Assembly: GCA_951406725.2 (NCBI GenBank)
Contig: OX597823.1
Coordinates: 72,354,001-72,418,000 of the forward strand
Source: Octopus vulgaris
Taxonomy: Eukaryota
Length of the DNA: 64,000 bases
Reading direction: 5' to 3'
Shown here: positions 40,150-52,983 of the stretch, one piece after another
Position numbering within the stretch: the stretch's first letter is position 1
How the letters are laid out: each line of letters starts with the position of its first letter
Made by a program: the position numbers and the translations under genes
Notes under the pieces: generated by a model
Told to the model about the DNA's origin: nothing
What the model saw: only the letters and a program-made list of their open reading frames with translations
Databases searched by the model: none

Positions 40150-41245
40150 TGCATTAACCGTCATTTTTCTTCGGCTCTTTTCTAGAATAACCGGCCCAGA
40201 TTTGAAGAACTAAAACGGCAAGTAAAGCCAAAATCTGCCAAAATAAAGAAATACAAAGAACGGAAAACAAAATGGTATAATTAAAATCCACTTTTTCAAT
40301 CACACTGGAAACATGTACTGGATATTCTAGAAGAAAATGAGAGAAAGAATAACATAAAACCGAATGCAAGCTATTTGGGAAAGAATTTCATAAGAATAAC
40401 CAAATACAATACCAAATAGAAGCCCAATGAATCAAGCAAGTGGAGAATTAAATTAAAAATGTTGTGACACGCAAAAATACCCTCTTCCTTCTCCTTTTCT
40501 TCCTCTTTCTAATCATCATCATCATCATCATCATCATCACTATTATGATTATTATATGAAGAAAAATCTCAGCTTTACTTTGCTGGGTATAATGGAAATT
40601 GCCAGCTGCCTCCAGCCAGCAGACAAAAGTGACACACGTTTACTGATCATGCTTCAAAAACCCCGAAATGGATTCTTCCAGTTCCAAGCAAAGATGATGT
40701 TTGCAGGTGTTCCCATCTAGTTGAGCACTGGTACGCCATTTGCATCTACAGGAATACTCCCATATTAACATTCCATAACCATCATGTTTTACCTTTATCT
40801 TGCAGTGTGGCTAGCAGTTGTTGGACCACGGCCGGACCCACCCTGCTGCAAAGTGGGACATCTGCCGAGGGCGTCACATTCACCATTGACTTAAGACCCG
40901 TTCACACTGTTAGAATTAGCTGTTTTATGTGACACTTTCACTCATGAGGTCACCACCAATCGATTGGTGTTGTTCTTGCTCTCATTATCATCATCATCAT
41001 CATCATCATATGACGAAAGAATGCCGAAAACAAAGTAGGGCAACAAAAAAATCACTTAGTTGATAAAATGAGAATTAGAAATTGTAGACGCAGATTGACG
41101 GGACTGAATGTAGCATAGCTAGACTACAAAAAACATATGACATGGTACCACACAGTTGGATAAGTAAAACAATGAGCATGTATAGAATAGGAAAAAGCAT
41201 GGAGAAAATGCTTAACGAAAATATGAAAGATTGGAATACTGAATT
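40150..41245 (+). mobile_element. Degenerate R4/Dong RT-region remnant interrupted by an unrelated insertion (~40510-41010)
   Basis: LDYKKTYDMVPHSWISKTMSMYRIG at ~41120-41190. An upstream piece at 40150-40470 resembles the pre-RT region. Confidence 0.55.
40814..40872 (-). ncRNA. Candidate HDV-like (CPEB3/RTE-type) ribozyme
   Basis: Minus strand GCCCTCG GCAGA TGT CCCACTTT GCA GCAGGGT GG GTCCGGCCGTGGTC CAACAA CTGC fits the order P1, P2, P3, L3, P3', P1', P1.1, P4, J4/2, P2', with a G1-U wobble and two P1 mismatches. Confidence 0.5.
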
Positions 41246-41249
41246 GATC

Positions 41250-41393
41250 GGTTCCGAGTTCAAATTCCGCCGAGGTCGACTTTGTCTTTCATCCTTCGGG
41301 GTCGATAGAATAAGTACCAGTGAAACACTGGAGTCGACGTAATCGACTATACCCCTCTCCCAAAATTGCTGCCCTTGTGCCAAAATCTGAAAC

Positions 41394-41465
<72 letters not shown>

Positions 41466-41837
41466 GGCCGCAAGCTGGTAGAAACGCTAGCAGGCCGGGC
41501 GAAATGCGTAGCCGTATTTCGTCTGCCGTTACGTTTTGAGTTCAAATTCCGCCGAGGTCAACTTTGCCTTTCATCCTTTCGGATTCGATAAATTAAATAC
41601 CAGTTACGCACTGGGGTCGATGTTATCGACTTAATCCGTTTGTCTGTCCTTGTTTGTCCCCTATGTGTTTATCCCCTTGAGGGTAGTAAGGAAATAGGTA
41701 TTTCGCCTGCCACATTCCGCCGCGGTTGACTTTGCCTTTTATCCTTTCGGGATCGATAAAATAGAACCGGCGAAACACTGGGGTCGATGTAATCGACTTG
41801 TCTCTTCCTAACCAAATTCCAGCCTTGTGTCGAATAG

Positions 41838-41840
<3 letters not shown>
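41250..41840 (+). mobile_element. Two SINE family B copies (41250-41396 partial; 41465-41840 dimer), each followed by (ATT)n
   Basis: Core GAGTTCAAATTCCGCCGAGGTC.ACTTTG.CTTTCATCC occurs three times. Confidence 0.85.
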
Positions 41841-41910
<70 letters not shown>

Positions 41911-41911
<1 letters not shown>

Positions 41912-42257
41912 TTGTCAGCATTGTAATTGGAAAATGCAGAGGAGTATTTAGTTATCTATCAAAATCTCAACAAAGATCTCAAACAAACGATATTTTCCTT
42001 GAAACTAGAAAAGTTAATTTTTGTATGACACCATTCTTCCATGATATTTGCAATCGCTTTAAGAAGGCTTAAAGATTCAATAGAAGTGATCATAATGCCC
42101 TGATCATAAGCTGATAGCACTTTTACATTAACCTCTGTCATTCTAAACAGTCTTGCCAATTCCAGTTTGAGTTCAGAGCACTTGGTGATCTTTTCAACCC
42201 TTTTACTCGCAATATTCATGTAATTTAGTATGGCTACGTGAATGATATACCTCAGGA

Positions 42258-42258
<1 letters not shown>
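41911..42258 (-). mobile_element. Short R4/Dong-like 3' fragment between (TTA)n arrays
   Basis: DVAILNYMNIASKRVEKITKCSELKLELARL (EKI.KY.EL..EL motif of RLE). Confidence 0.6.
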
Positions 42259-42331
<73 letters not shown>

Positions 42332-42333
<2 letters not shown>

Positions 42334-44610
42334 GTTTGAGTTTTGCTTTATATTTGTACAAGTTGGCTCCAAGTCTCACCCAGAGACCTCAAGAGACAAC
42401 AGGCTGGAAGTTCATGTTGTTGCTATGCCTAGTGTGCCATATATTGGGTGGGGGGGGAGTTTTTGGTGTTGTCTAAAAAAAAAATTTTTTTTTTTTTAAA
42501 ACCGAAAATTTTTACATCAGCAGCATTTAGAGATTCATTGTCACTGTTCAAAGTTAGTGTGGTTCTCCATGATTTCATACTTACAGACAAAACGTTTCGC
42601 AGAGCAGGTGCTATCTTATACATTTCTAGGCATTTCTTAATCCAGCTATGTGGTAGGCTATCAAAAGCCTTTTTATAGTCTATCCAGGCTATTGATATGT
42701 TTTTGTGTTGTTTGTGACAATCTTCTAAGATCATCTTATTGATGAGTAGATGATCTTTACAACCGTAGGATCCACGTTTACATCCTTTCTGTTCATTAGG
42801 GAATATGTTGCTGTCTGTCAAAAAACTATAGGTATATTCCGTCAGGACAGATGTTAGTGTTTTATACATAGTTGTTAAGCAGGTTATGGGTCTATAGTTT
42901 TTTGGTTCATTTGTTTCTTCACTTTTTGGAAGCAGGAATGTTAACCCATTAACTAGCCAAGGGGGCATCCTACTAGGGTGTTGCAAAACATCATTGTAAA
43001 GTTCTGTTAGCAGTTCATGCTCTCTGGGAAGGTATTCAACCAAAAGTTAGGGATTTTATCCTTTCCTGGAGACTTCCATTTGCTTGACCTCCTGAGAGCA
43101 GATCTTATATCTTCTACCTTGACACCCTCCTACTTTTGCTCTTCTAAGGAGTCCAGTTCTTTAGATATTCTATCAATCCAGGGGGCCTTTTCGCTGTGTG
43201 TTTTTTCTTCTGCCCAAATTTTATTCCAAAATCCCTGCACTTCTTCTTTTGATGGTACAGACTTTACAGTAACTGTTGTTTTTCCTATCTTCTTGTAAAA
43301 ATGTTTGGGATTATTTTTGAACATGTTGTTGTCCCTGAAGAATCTAACACGCTTTTCATACCTCGCTATGCGGGCAGCTTTAGCAGATACCTTTTGCTTG
43401 ATGGTTTCTATGGTGGCATCAATATCAAGTATAGTTTTCATATTATATTTTTTCATTAGTTTTTGGGTTTTTGTAGGTTTGGTAGTCTTATGAACCTTAA
43501 GGTTTTTCAAATATTCAATGTCAGATCTAAATAGTTTAATTTGTTGTTGCAAACGCTCTTGCCAAGAAGGCTTTTTGTGGAAATGTTGCCGTTTTCTAAT
43601 CTTTTCACCACATAGGATCGTTGAGATTTTCGCGGATGCATAGTATAGGTGGTTGAGATCTGTGATATCAACATCATTAGCTGAAATTATATCCTTAAGT
43701 GGAAGCCGGGTTTTACCAATTATTTTCATGTTTTGTTTAGAGTTGCGGATTTTAGGGAGTGTATCACGTTCATCCATATTGGTTTCTTTAATTTTCAGCC
43801 ATTCAATCATGATTTGACTTTTTAGCTCATGTAGTTCTGTCGGGTCAATATTTGTGTGACTTTCTTTATCTATTTGATGTTCATCTGTCTTAGTGTTTAT
43901 ATTTGGTTCAGGGAGTATTTCACTTTGCCTATCACTTATACTAACTCTTTCAATCCTTACTTCGTTTTTATTAGCTCTGAGCTGGTCTATAATTATTTCC
44001 TCTGTATTAACTTCTCTAGCTGCAGCTTCGTTCATTCTATCCGTTACTGCTTGTCTAATTTGATCAATCTCTACTTCAGTCAGTAATTTTTTTATAATGT
44101 TTCTTCTGACGTTGGCAAGTTTGTTACTGTCTATGTATGGTCTTACTTCAGGGTGTTTATGTCTCCAGTTTATGTAGGTTTGTATAGTGTTCGATTTATC
44201 TATGGGGAAATATATGGCATGGTAGAAGGCCGAAAGAACTTCTTTATTATCTTCCCTAGTCCATTTTTCCTTCTTTTTCTTTTGAGTGTTTGTTGACGAG
44301 CATGGATGGCCATCTGTTGGAATATTCCAGTTGCGGGGTACGTCCAGCTCCTGTGTGTCGAGAAGATTTGATCCAGTAGCTGATTTTTCAATCAGACTTT
44401 GGTTCAATTTTCGGGTACGTGGTCTTTTGTAGTCCGCTCGCCGACCATCGCGGATTGTAGGTTGTTTTGTTGACATTGAAGCATGACGAGTTCGACTCTT
44501 ACATTAAGAGACGGATCTGTCAGTTTAGAATTCTCTGCACGTAAACATTGTTCGTAGCGCAGCTTCTTAAGGCTAGCAGATCTGTATTCGTCTGTATTTT
44601 TTATATGTAT
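42332..44610 (-). mobile_element. R4/Dong element with intact 5' region but an internal deletion (C-half of RT + RLE lost)
   Basis: ORF 43130-44476 (KWTREDN..LANVRRNI..PSWQERLQQQI..ARIARYEKR..NNMFKNNPKHFY) and ORF 42429-43043 (PKNYRPITCL, EQKGCK, AWIDYKKAFDSLPHSW). RT then joins a 3' UTR homologous to 44751-44940. (TTA)n on both sides. Confidence 0.9.
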
Positions 44611-44651
44611 TTTTAATAATATTTATTATTATTATTATCATTATTATTATA

Positions 44652-44734
<83 letters not shown>

Positions 44735-44750
44735 CATTATTATTATTATT

Positions 44751-45238
44751 CTATGTTTGACTTTTGCTTTATGTATGTACAAGTTGGCTCCAAGTCTCAC
44801 CCAGAGACCTCAAGAGACAACAGGTTGGAAGTTCACGTTGTTGTTATGCCTAGTGTGCCATATATTTGGGGTTTTTTTGGTGTTGTACTAGTGAATGTCT
44901 AATACATAAATTCAAAAAAAAAATTTGTTTTAAACCTTGGGATTACATACAGAGTATTTTGCGTAGGATATGAGCAGTTCCCATGAGCACTATCTTTTGA
45001 ATTTCTGCCATTTGGGGTTTCCTGGTATCTGAGTTAGGTAGCCATCAGCGCCTTTCGCTATCATTCCCAGGACACCTATGACAACAGGTATTGTTTTGGT
45101 CTTCAGGTTCCACATTTTGCTGATTTCTATTTCAAGATCTTTATATTTGCTCAGTTTTTGATAGGTCTTGACAGATACGTTTATATCGATTGGGACAGTC
45201 ATATCAATGAGGAGGCATGTTCTTTGTCTGAAGTCTTT
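44751..45238 (-). mobile_element. 5'-truncated R4/Dong element (same 3' UTR family as 42332-42500)
   Basis: CLLIDMTVPIDINVSVKTYQKLSKYKDLEIEISKMWNLKTKTIPVVIGVLG; UTR TTGGCTCCAAGTCTCACCCAGAGACCTCAAGAGACAACAGG is shared. Confidence 0.88.
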
Positions 45239-45259
45239 ATTATTATTATTATTATTATT

Positions 45260-45597
45260 CAGTAGTTTTATTTTTATAGCGTGCTTTCACTTCACTACCG
45301 AGCGCAGCTCTGTGTGCCTTGGGTATGTGCTGTGATTTGTTGTGATGCTCTGATGGTTATTGTATGGAAAGTGTTCTGCGTAAGATGTGTGCAGTGCCTA
45401 GTAGTGCAATTTTCTGTATGTTATATGTGTTTGTAAGTCCTGGTGTTTTTGTTATGTATTTGTCTGAATATTTTTTTATCATGCCTAATGCACCTACTAT
45501 GATAGGAATTGTTTCTGTTTTCAGATTCCACATTCTAGTTACCTCTATTTCCAGGTCTTTGTATTTTGAGAGTTTCTCCATTTCTTTTAGAGACACG

Positions 45598-45600
<3 letters not shown>
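45260..45600 (-). mobile_element. 5'-truncated R4/Dong element, near-identical to 7937-8277
   Basis: 341 bp colinear, 3 substitutions counted by eye; flanked by (TTA)n. Confidence 0.92.
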
Positions 45601-45682
<82 letters not shown>

Positions 45683-46339
45683 TTATTATTAACATTATTA
45701 ATCTCATCACCATCATCATCATCATCAGCAGCATCACTGTTGCTATTCTTGTTGTCTTATCAGAACGTGGTGCTGGCAGAAACTTTAGATCACGTTTCAA
45801 CAAAATAAGATTTCAATCTTATTCATTAAACTTTGAAACATTTTCAACAATAGAATACAAATGCTTACGCATTGGTTTCTGTTCATTAAAACTGATGAGG
45901 ATCTACTTCGAGCTGGATTATACAGTCGGAAAGTTATCTACGTTCTGTTTAAATTCCGAGACAGCACTAGAGATATAGAACTAAATTATCAACCCACTGT
46001 GTTAGTTGTTTCCACATTTCACTATATGAATCTTAAGTGTCCGGAAATTGTCTATAATTTAGGTGTCGTTAAACGAACTGGGCATCAAGCTGATCTATCT
46101 ATCCGTGTATATAGTTTTATTAAAATTAGTTGTTTACCGGCATGAAAGCGTGTTATACGTTTTAGAAGCAATTGCTTCTTATCGAAATTAAAAACCAAGG
46201 AATCCTTTTGACCACAAGCTTGTCATTCGCTTGGTGGTGGTGTTGGGGTGAAACGTGACAACAGTAAATGTTTAAAAGAATATACTTTCAGCATAAACCT
46301 CTGGTTAAATATTATTATCATTTGAAGATTCAAAACATC

Positions 46340-46720
46340 ACCTGTGGAAAGATGTCTCGCAAACAACTTGCACATGCAAGTGCTGCCAGTCAAAAACTCC
46401 GCATACCGGAAGTCAGCAAGTGTATGGGGTCATCAGGAGAGAATGTGCGCCGTTTAGGGGCTTACCTCACGACGGCATCAATGCGTACCGGTCCTCCTCA
46501 CTGATATGAGACCCCGCTTGTTAGATCAGCTGGTTATCAAATAAAGCTCAATATTCTTCTAGCCATCGCTAATCGTCTCTTTTTAACCAAATCCAGTGGC
46601 TAGCCTTCTCCACTGTAGTTTGGATATCGGTCATGGTGGTATTGACTTTACGATGAGTTAGGCATAACGATAACAACAGTCGTCTCACACTGCGTAAATC
46701 CTTTCTTGTATCGAAAACTG
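46340..46720 (-). mobile_element. 3' end of a Hero/NeSL-like (RLE) non-LTR element
   Basis: RSVRRLLLSL..TTVEKASHWIWLKRDD matches my recollection of the Hero C-terminus (AAEKAS.WLW.KR), followed by a GC-rich 3' UTR. Confidence 0.6.
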
Positions 46721-48263
46721 AGCTTGTTAATTTACCCAGTTTCTCCACTGTGGAGCCTCTCATTTTATAAATATATAACTAAAATATTTGTATGTCAGCA
46801 AAATGTAGGATTACGCAAATGTGGTGCCAAAAAATGAGGCACCAGAAACCATGATAGCAAGCAGGTAGAAGTACTAACTAGAAATCTATTTGGTTATTAT
46901 TTTACGTTCTGAAACACTATGGCATTTACCTGGTTAAGGAGTGCATTTATAATCTCAAAGCGTATGCAGGCTTTCTGTATATTTATCGCTAGAATAAAGT
47001 GCGTATATTCAAGCACGTTCGGTTGAAAAGGCATTCTAGAGAACTTGGGGATTTGATACATAATTAGCTTATTCAAATTTCCCCTTAGAGGCATCCAGTA
47101 TTCCTGATTTTTTTTTCATACCGATTTCCGTTCGGGAAAGTAGAGAGCATACAATGATCTCATAAAGCCATCAGTAAAATATAGAAATTATTTTTAGAGT
47201 CTCAGGCAAATTATATTTGAGCTTTCCTATCCTTTACGTTCCAGGTGTTAGAAATGTTCAATATTTTATGCAAATGGAAGTTTTGCTAAACCATTCAAAA
47301 TTGATTGCACGTTGTGTTTCTCTTAGGCAATAATGCCGAATACAACAACGTATTGTGTAAAGAATCTGTGTTTCAGTTTCAAATACCTCGAGACATGTTT
47401 ACAATATTTACCAGCATATGCACTTAATTTCAACTCCCCTTGAATTATAAATATGCAAAGACAGAAATTACTCGAAGAAGATGAGGAAAGATTGGAAGTG
47501 GAGGATGTATAGCTAATTAATAATTTTTCTTGTTTGAAAATGGAAATAGGTTTTCATAACGTGACTTATAATTCAAGAATTTGGAGATATAAAAGAGATG
47601 AACGTTTTCTTCACGTAGCCAAGACTTAGAAAGAAGTGATTGCAATTATAAACTTTATCTGTAACTCGCAACTAAATTGTATTTATGTTAATGCTTCCTG
47701 GTGGGTTCTGTGCAGCGTGGACTGGACTTTCTGCCACTCTGTTTTTAAGGCTACAAACATCAAACATTTATTTGAACAACTAGTCATTTATAATTGATGC
47801 AAGTATTTGCTACTTAGTCTCTACCTCCAATTACGCATTCTCTATGAGAAACCATTATCTTTTCATTATTGACAAAGCGTACATATATTCAATGCACGTT
47901 CGCAGTGGTATGGATAAAACAGGCGTTGGAACTGCATTTGAAGGGATGGTGAGTTCGCTAGATATTTACATCATGTTTTATAAGGTCTACCAAAACATAC
48001 TTCACGAATTGAAATTTATATTAAAAACTCTGTCGACGTCTCTAAATACATGCAGTACATGCAGGTTAAACAATGTACATGCAGGTTAAAACAATGGTAA
48101 TTTGTATCACGTTTGCTTTATTTTGGAGAAGAGATGCTAATGACAAAAGCTACGCTTCTGAATTTGTCATCATCAATGCTCCAAATCTGATTGAAATTCG
48201 AAAATACTCTATTGTATGATACTCTTTGCTACACAACACTCGGCAGGTAACAGTGCACTACGC

Positions 48264-48349
<86 letters not shown>

Positions 48350-48363
48350 TAATAATAATAATG

Positions 48364-48416
<53 letters not shown>
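48264..48416. repeat. (AAT)n microsatellite, an example of dozens of (TA)n, (AAT)n, (TATC)n, (CA)n and (TACA)n arrays across the window
   Basis: Seen directly. Other arrays include 6449-6514 (TA), 9668-9775 (TATC/TC), 11450-11640 (TATC/TACC), 44615-44750 (TTA). Confidence 0.97.
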
Positions 48417-48417
<1 letters not shown>

Positions 48418-48839
48418 TTAATTAGCTCAATAACAAAGCGGACGTGCTACTTAGGGGTCTCGGTACAAAACAGATATAATCTAGCTGTGTTGGTGGAATG
48501 GGAAAAAAGATTCTGTTGGAGACTTGATGAAAGCGGTCTCTTAACGCAAAAAAGCACAAAACAGATGAAATTCTATTGCCATACAAAGCATAGTTTCTCG
48601 CATACATATCTCAAAGGGACATGTGCGAAAGAATGCAAATCAACAGCGTGATGTTTACAAAATATAAAATATAAATGGAACAACACAGTGTGTACGTAAA
48701 TTGATTAATTACGCATACATTCGAATGTTTTTACAATCATGTGTACGTATTAATATCAATAGGCTTATACATGCACTCTAATATTTACAAAACTAGATGA
48801 ATTTTACACCACACACAAACGCGCGCGCATACGACAATA

Positions 48840-50870
48840 TGTGACACACATTAACCAAGACAATAACAAAAACAATTTTCTTCGGACTAACACAGAAAGA
48901 GCGAATAATCACTAAGCTTAAAATACGACAAAGCAACTATGCCTGAAGATAAGTCTAAGAACAGAAACAACTGAAAAACAGAGGCGAATGTTGGTCTATG
49001 AGCCTGATGACATTACGTCCCATGAAGCATTTTCATTCAAAGAACTCGGAGGCGGTGTTGTCTCAATAAGTAAACGCTAAACTAGCAGGACTGTCCCCTA
49101 GAGTCATCGTCCAAGCTCTTCATGTTTGAATGATAGAAATGCAAAATTCGCACTAGATTGGTCGCCACCCGGATCAATATGGGATGCTCCCCCAGTGAGG
49201 AATCATCTGTTCGTGGTGGGGTGGGGTGAAATTAGCTACTGCGTCAAATCTTCTGGAAATTAAGGAGCTCGACGTACCCCCACAATCGGAATATTCCCAC
49301 AGATAGCCATCCATGTTGATTATCAAATAATTAATAGAACAGGAATGAAGGATTGTCCAAGGAAGATAAGCCATGTATGTCTCAACAAATAAATCCAATA
49401 CTGAACAAACCTATCTAAATTGGAGAGAAAAAAACATCTTGAAGTACAATCCTACAAAGATTGTAACGAGCGTGCCAACGACAGAAATAAAACGTATGAA
49501 GGGAGTACTATAGAAGAATGTCTTGTACTGAAGAATGAACTCAACTCTCCAAATCGCTTCGAAGCCATTAATAGCCTGGTACTTCCAGGACCCCATTAAA
49601 GCTCTAACATCATTAACTGGAATCCTACGGAACTCCAACGCCTGGACGGGAAAACTAGAAAATTATTGACATCTAAGAATATGCACTGCACAAAAGTAGA
49701 CATTGACCGCCTGTACCTACCTAGAAGTAATTAGGGGGTGGAATGATGCAGGTAGAACTGTGCTATAAGATATGGACATTAGTAATAGACAGGTACTTAA
49801 TTTCAGCAGAGGATTGGATGCTGCGACTTGTGTGCAAATATAAAAGCCACAAAACCTCACATTCTGTTGTCAAGGAATTTTATAAACTCGCAAGAGGACT
49901 TGACATTAATTCTGAATTAAAGAACCTGAAACCACTGCCACCAAAAAAGCAAAACGAATTAAGCAGACTGCAAAAAAGAACGGGGAGAAACAAATTGACG
50001 AGCGGTGAAACCAGAAGTGCATGCATGCACAGTATATTCTTCGATGCGAAAATGATGTTCATTGAGCCACAATCCATCAGTGACTGAGGACTTCAGGACT
50101 GAATATTTCATATTGGTGGCTCAAAATCAAAGCTTGCTTACCAGAAACTACCGGGCTAACGTTCTTCAAAACGGTACTGACCCCAAATGCATATTCTGCG
50201 GCACATTTGACGAAGCAATAAACCACCTCTTTTCCGGATATCCTGTGCTGATACCACACGAATACGAAAATCGCCACGATACGGTATAACAATATTTACA
50301 TTGGAAAATATGTAAACACTACAAAATATGTACTCCTGATTACTATGAACATCACCCTGAGCCAGTCGTTCAAGGTAAAATATCACTACCATCTGTGACT
50401 TTGCAGCCAACACTGACAGAATGATCCAGGCAGAGAAGTAAATATTTGTAGCCTAATAGATGTAAGTGTTCTCACTGATAAAATATTTACTGTAAAGGAA
50501 TTTGACAAATTAAGCAAATATAAGTACCTGGAAATTGAAATATAAAATATGGGGCATTTTAAAGCAAAATCTGTTCTGTATGATAAGAAATGTATGTCAG
50601 AAATATCTACACAACATCCCAGGAGAACCATGACTCAGAGAAATCTAGAAGATTTTGATGACAAGTACGTGCCCACATCATTAGAGAAACTCTATCAATT
50701 TAAATGCCTCTGTTGTATCACATGGAGATATTTTGCTACTACCCCTGCCACTTCACCTCCCCAAGCTTTTAGTTATACTGCTACATCTCTCATTCTTAGT
50801 GCCTAGGGCACTGAGTGTGTCTTGGCAAGTGATTGCAATGAACATGCAGATTTAAAGTAAATAGCAACAA
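48840..50870 (+). mobile_element. Degenerate R4/Dong element with both ends but no RT core
   Basis: 49237-49320 is homologous to the 5' coding region of the 44.3-kb copy. Then AINSLVLP, LDGKTRKLL, HCTKVDIDRLYLPRS, TEYFILVAQNQSLLTRNY, KCIFCG, HLFSGYP, RHD, FDKLSKYKYLEIEI; 3' UTR CCTAGGGCACTGAGTGTGTCTTGG then AAC/AAT repeats. Confidence 0.8.
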
Positions 50871-52548
50871 CAATAACATCACCACTACCACCACAAACAA
50901 CAGCAACAACAACAATAATAATAATCATAATAATAGGCTGTGACATTATTAATTGTTGAGAAAGAGCTGAAAGCATTTTTTGAGCAATAGCTTCATACCG
51001 ATGTGTTGATGTAGGGAAAAAGATGGAAATGGAAACAGCAAAACTATTCTTCCGAATATTTATACTTAACTCCCTGAATCCACAAGAAATATTTCTTTAT
51101 TAAGTTAATTGACTTTAAAAGCCTGACGAAGTAGGTATGCTTTTACGAAATGTATCTCGTCGGTAACGATTTTGCAACGGATCATAGATGATTATTATTA
51201 ACATATACGATAACTGCATAGTTACCTGCTAGATTAATAATTCGCGATTAGTGTCAGGCATTAATTCTTCAATACGCGTAAGCTATTTCAGTAGCATTAA
51301 ACATATTTCAAGATAAACATTATAAAAAAGTTACATTATTTCTTCGTCAACTAGAAGTTTCCCATGAACAATTGTATGTAGCCATTTTAAGAGCGAGACC
51401 TCTTGTTAGCATGAAGATAAAGTGGATAACCACTCTGAAGCAACTAGAACCAACACAAAATACAAGTTTCAAAATTATTTTTTCTCACGAGTATTCCTCG
51501 AATACTGCTTATATGAGTTCATCGCATTATCTCAAGGGCCAACACTTCAGAAAAATGCAATATCAAATGAAGTTATATACTTCAGGATTCTCTTTAAAAT
51601 TAATTTTTCCTGATTAAAGAATAAAATATTTTGTTGGATTGTAGCTATAAAAGAACTGAATTTAGGTCATTATATTACCTGTAGCATTGGTGAATTACTT
51701 GTGCTTAATTCACCAATACTACATTATTGCCGTCCATATGAGGCAATGCTGAACATTAAAGAAAATAGCTATTTGCTGTTTCATTTGATGGGCCATATTT
51801 CACTCCTGGGATGTATAGGAAAAGTATAAATTTTACCGGTTGTCGAAGTACAATCATAAAAATCATTTTAACAAATTCTATGAGAACGAAATATCTGAGA
51901 TACATACTAATAATTACTAATATTTCAGTCGATTCTGTTTAGCCGTTCAAAGAAGATAGTGGCCATATTGAAAACGGAAAAAAATTGTAAAATACAATAA
52001 ATTGTAACTGATCAGTTTTATATGGACTTCCAATGTGTGTTAAGCCGCAAAAGTCTGTTTGCTGAATAACAAAATAAACAATTAAATAAATGAAAAATTG
52101 GAAAAGAGACAAAACAACAAAGCAATAAACAATTACAGCAAACTGACAGTAGATTATTTCAAGTAGCTCATGTCCCTTCTATAATTAAGCACGTCATTTT
52201 AGCAATGAAATGGAAATGATAATATTGTAACGAAACGAGAAACCTTCTCATCACGAGCGCTGTCTGTGTTTTTCTATTTGATTATTGATCTGTTTTTTTC
52301 TAGTGTGTTTTGCTCTTTGCCTCCTGCACACGATTCTTGATGACAGAAAAAAGATTCGCTTTCGAACATTCATAGCGTGCATTGTTAATTGTTGTGAACG
52401 TATTCCCTGAAAAGAGTTGTAACTCATCTTAAATATTTAAAACCATCAGAAAAATGATGTTTCATATAGAAAAAAAAGGCTCATATTCAAATAGTTTCTA
52501 ACCGAAACATATATTTAGTAAATATGATGTGTGTTTATAGATCATAAA

Positions 52549-52595
<47 letters not shown>

Positions 52596-52597
<2 letters not shown>

Positions 52598-52745
52598 GTT
52601 ATAGGGAGTATTCACAAAAAAGAGGAAGACAGGTGGTGTAGACAATAAACAGATGCCTTAGTATAACGCTCGGGAAGTGAAAAAGGCTTTAACGTTTCGA
52701 GCCTACGCTCTTCCACAGAAAGGAACACAGAAAGAAACACAGAGA

Positions 52746-52749
<4 letters not shown>
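52596..52749 (-). repeat. Short Penelope-type terminal remnant between (TA)n, with degenerate hammerhead-like core; related copy at ~60525-60640
   Basis: Minus strand CTTTCTGTGGAAGAGCGTAGGCTCGAAACGTTAAAG (stem GAGC/GCTC, GAAA-CG-TT, CTTT/AAAG). Confidence 0.45.
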
Positions 52750-52781
<32 letters not shown>

Positions 52782-52929
52782 CTATATAAATGCACACAAA
52801 CATATATATGAATTAATTTTTTTTCAGTCACCCAAATTGAGATGTGTATAAACATATCCGTCAAAGGAAATTGTCGCTCTAGAGGTAGGACAAACATACG
52901 TTACGTAGACATACACACGTGTATATATA

Positions 52930-52983
<54 letters not shown>

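Noticed and set aside
44480-44610. 5' ribozyme in the Dong 5' UTR
   Set aside because: Small hairpins exist (CTCTTA/TAAGAG) but I could not thread an HDV or hammerhead core.
45880-45965. CTGATGA...GAAA hammerhead candidate
   Set aside because: Could not form convincing stems I and III.
51115-51165. CTGACGA-AGTAGG..TTTTAC-GAAA-TGTA-TC hammerhead candidate
   Set aside because: Core spacing fits but stem I does not pair; at most a decayed relic.
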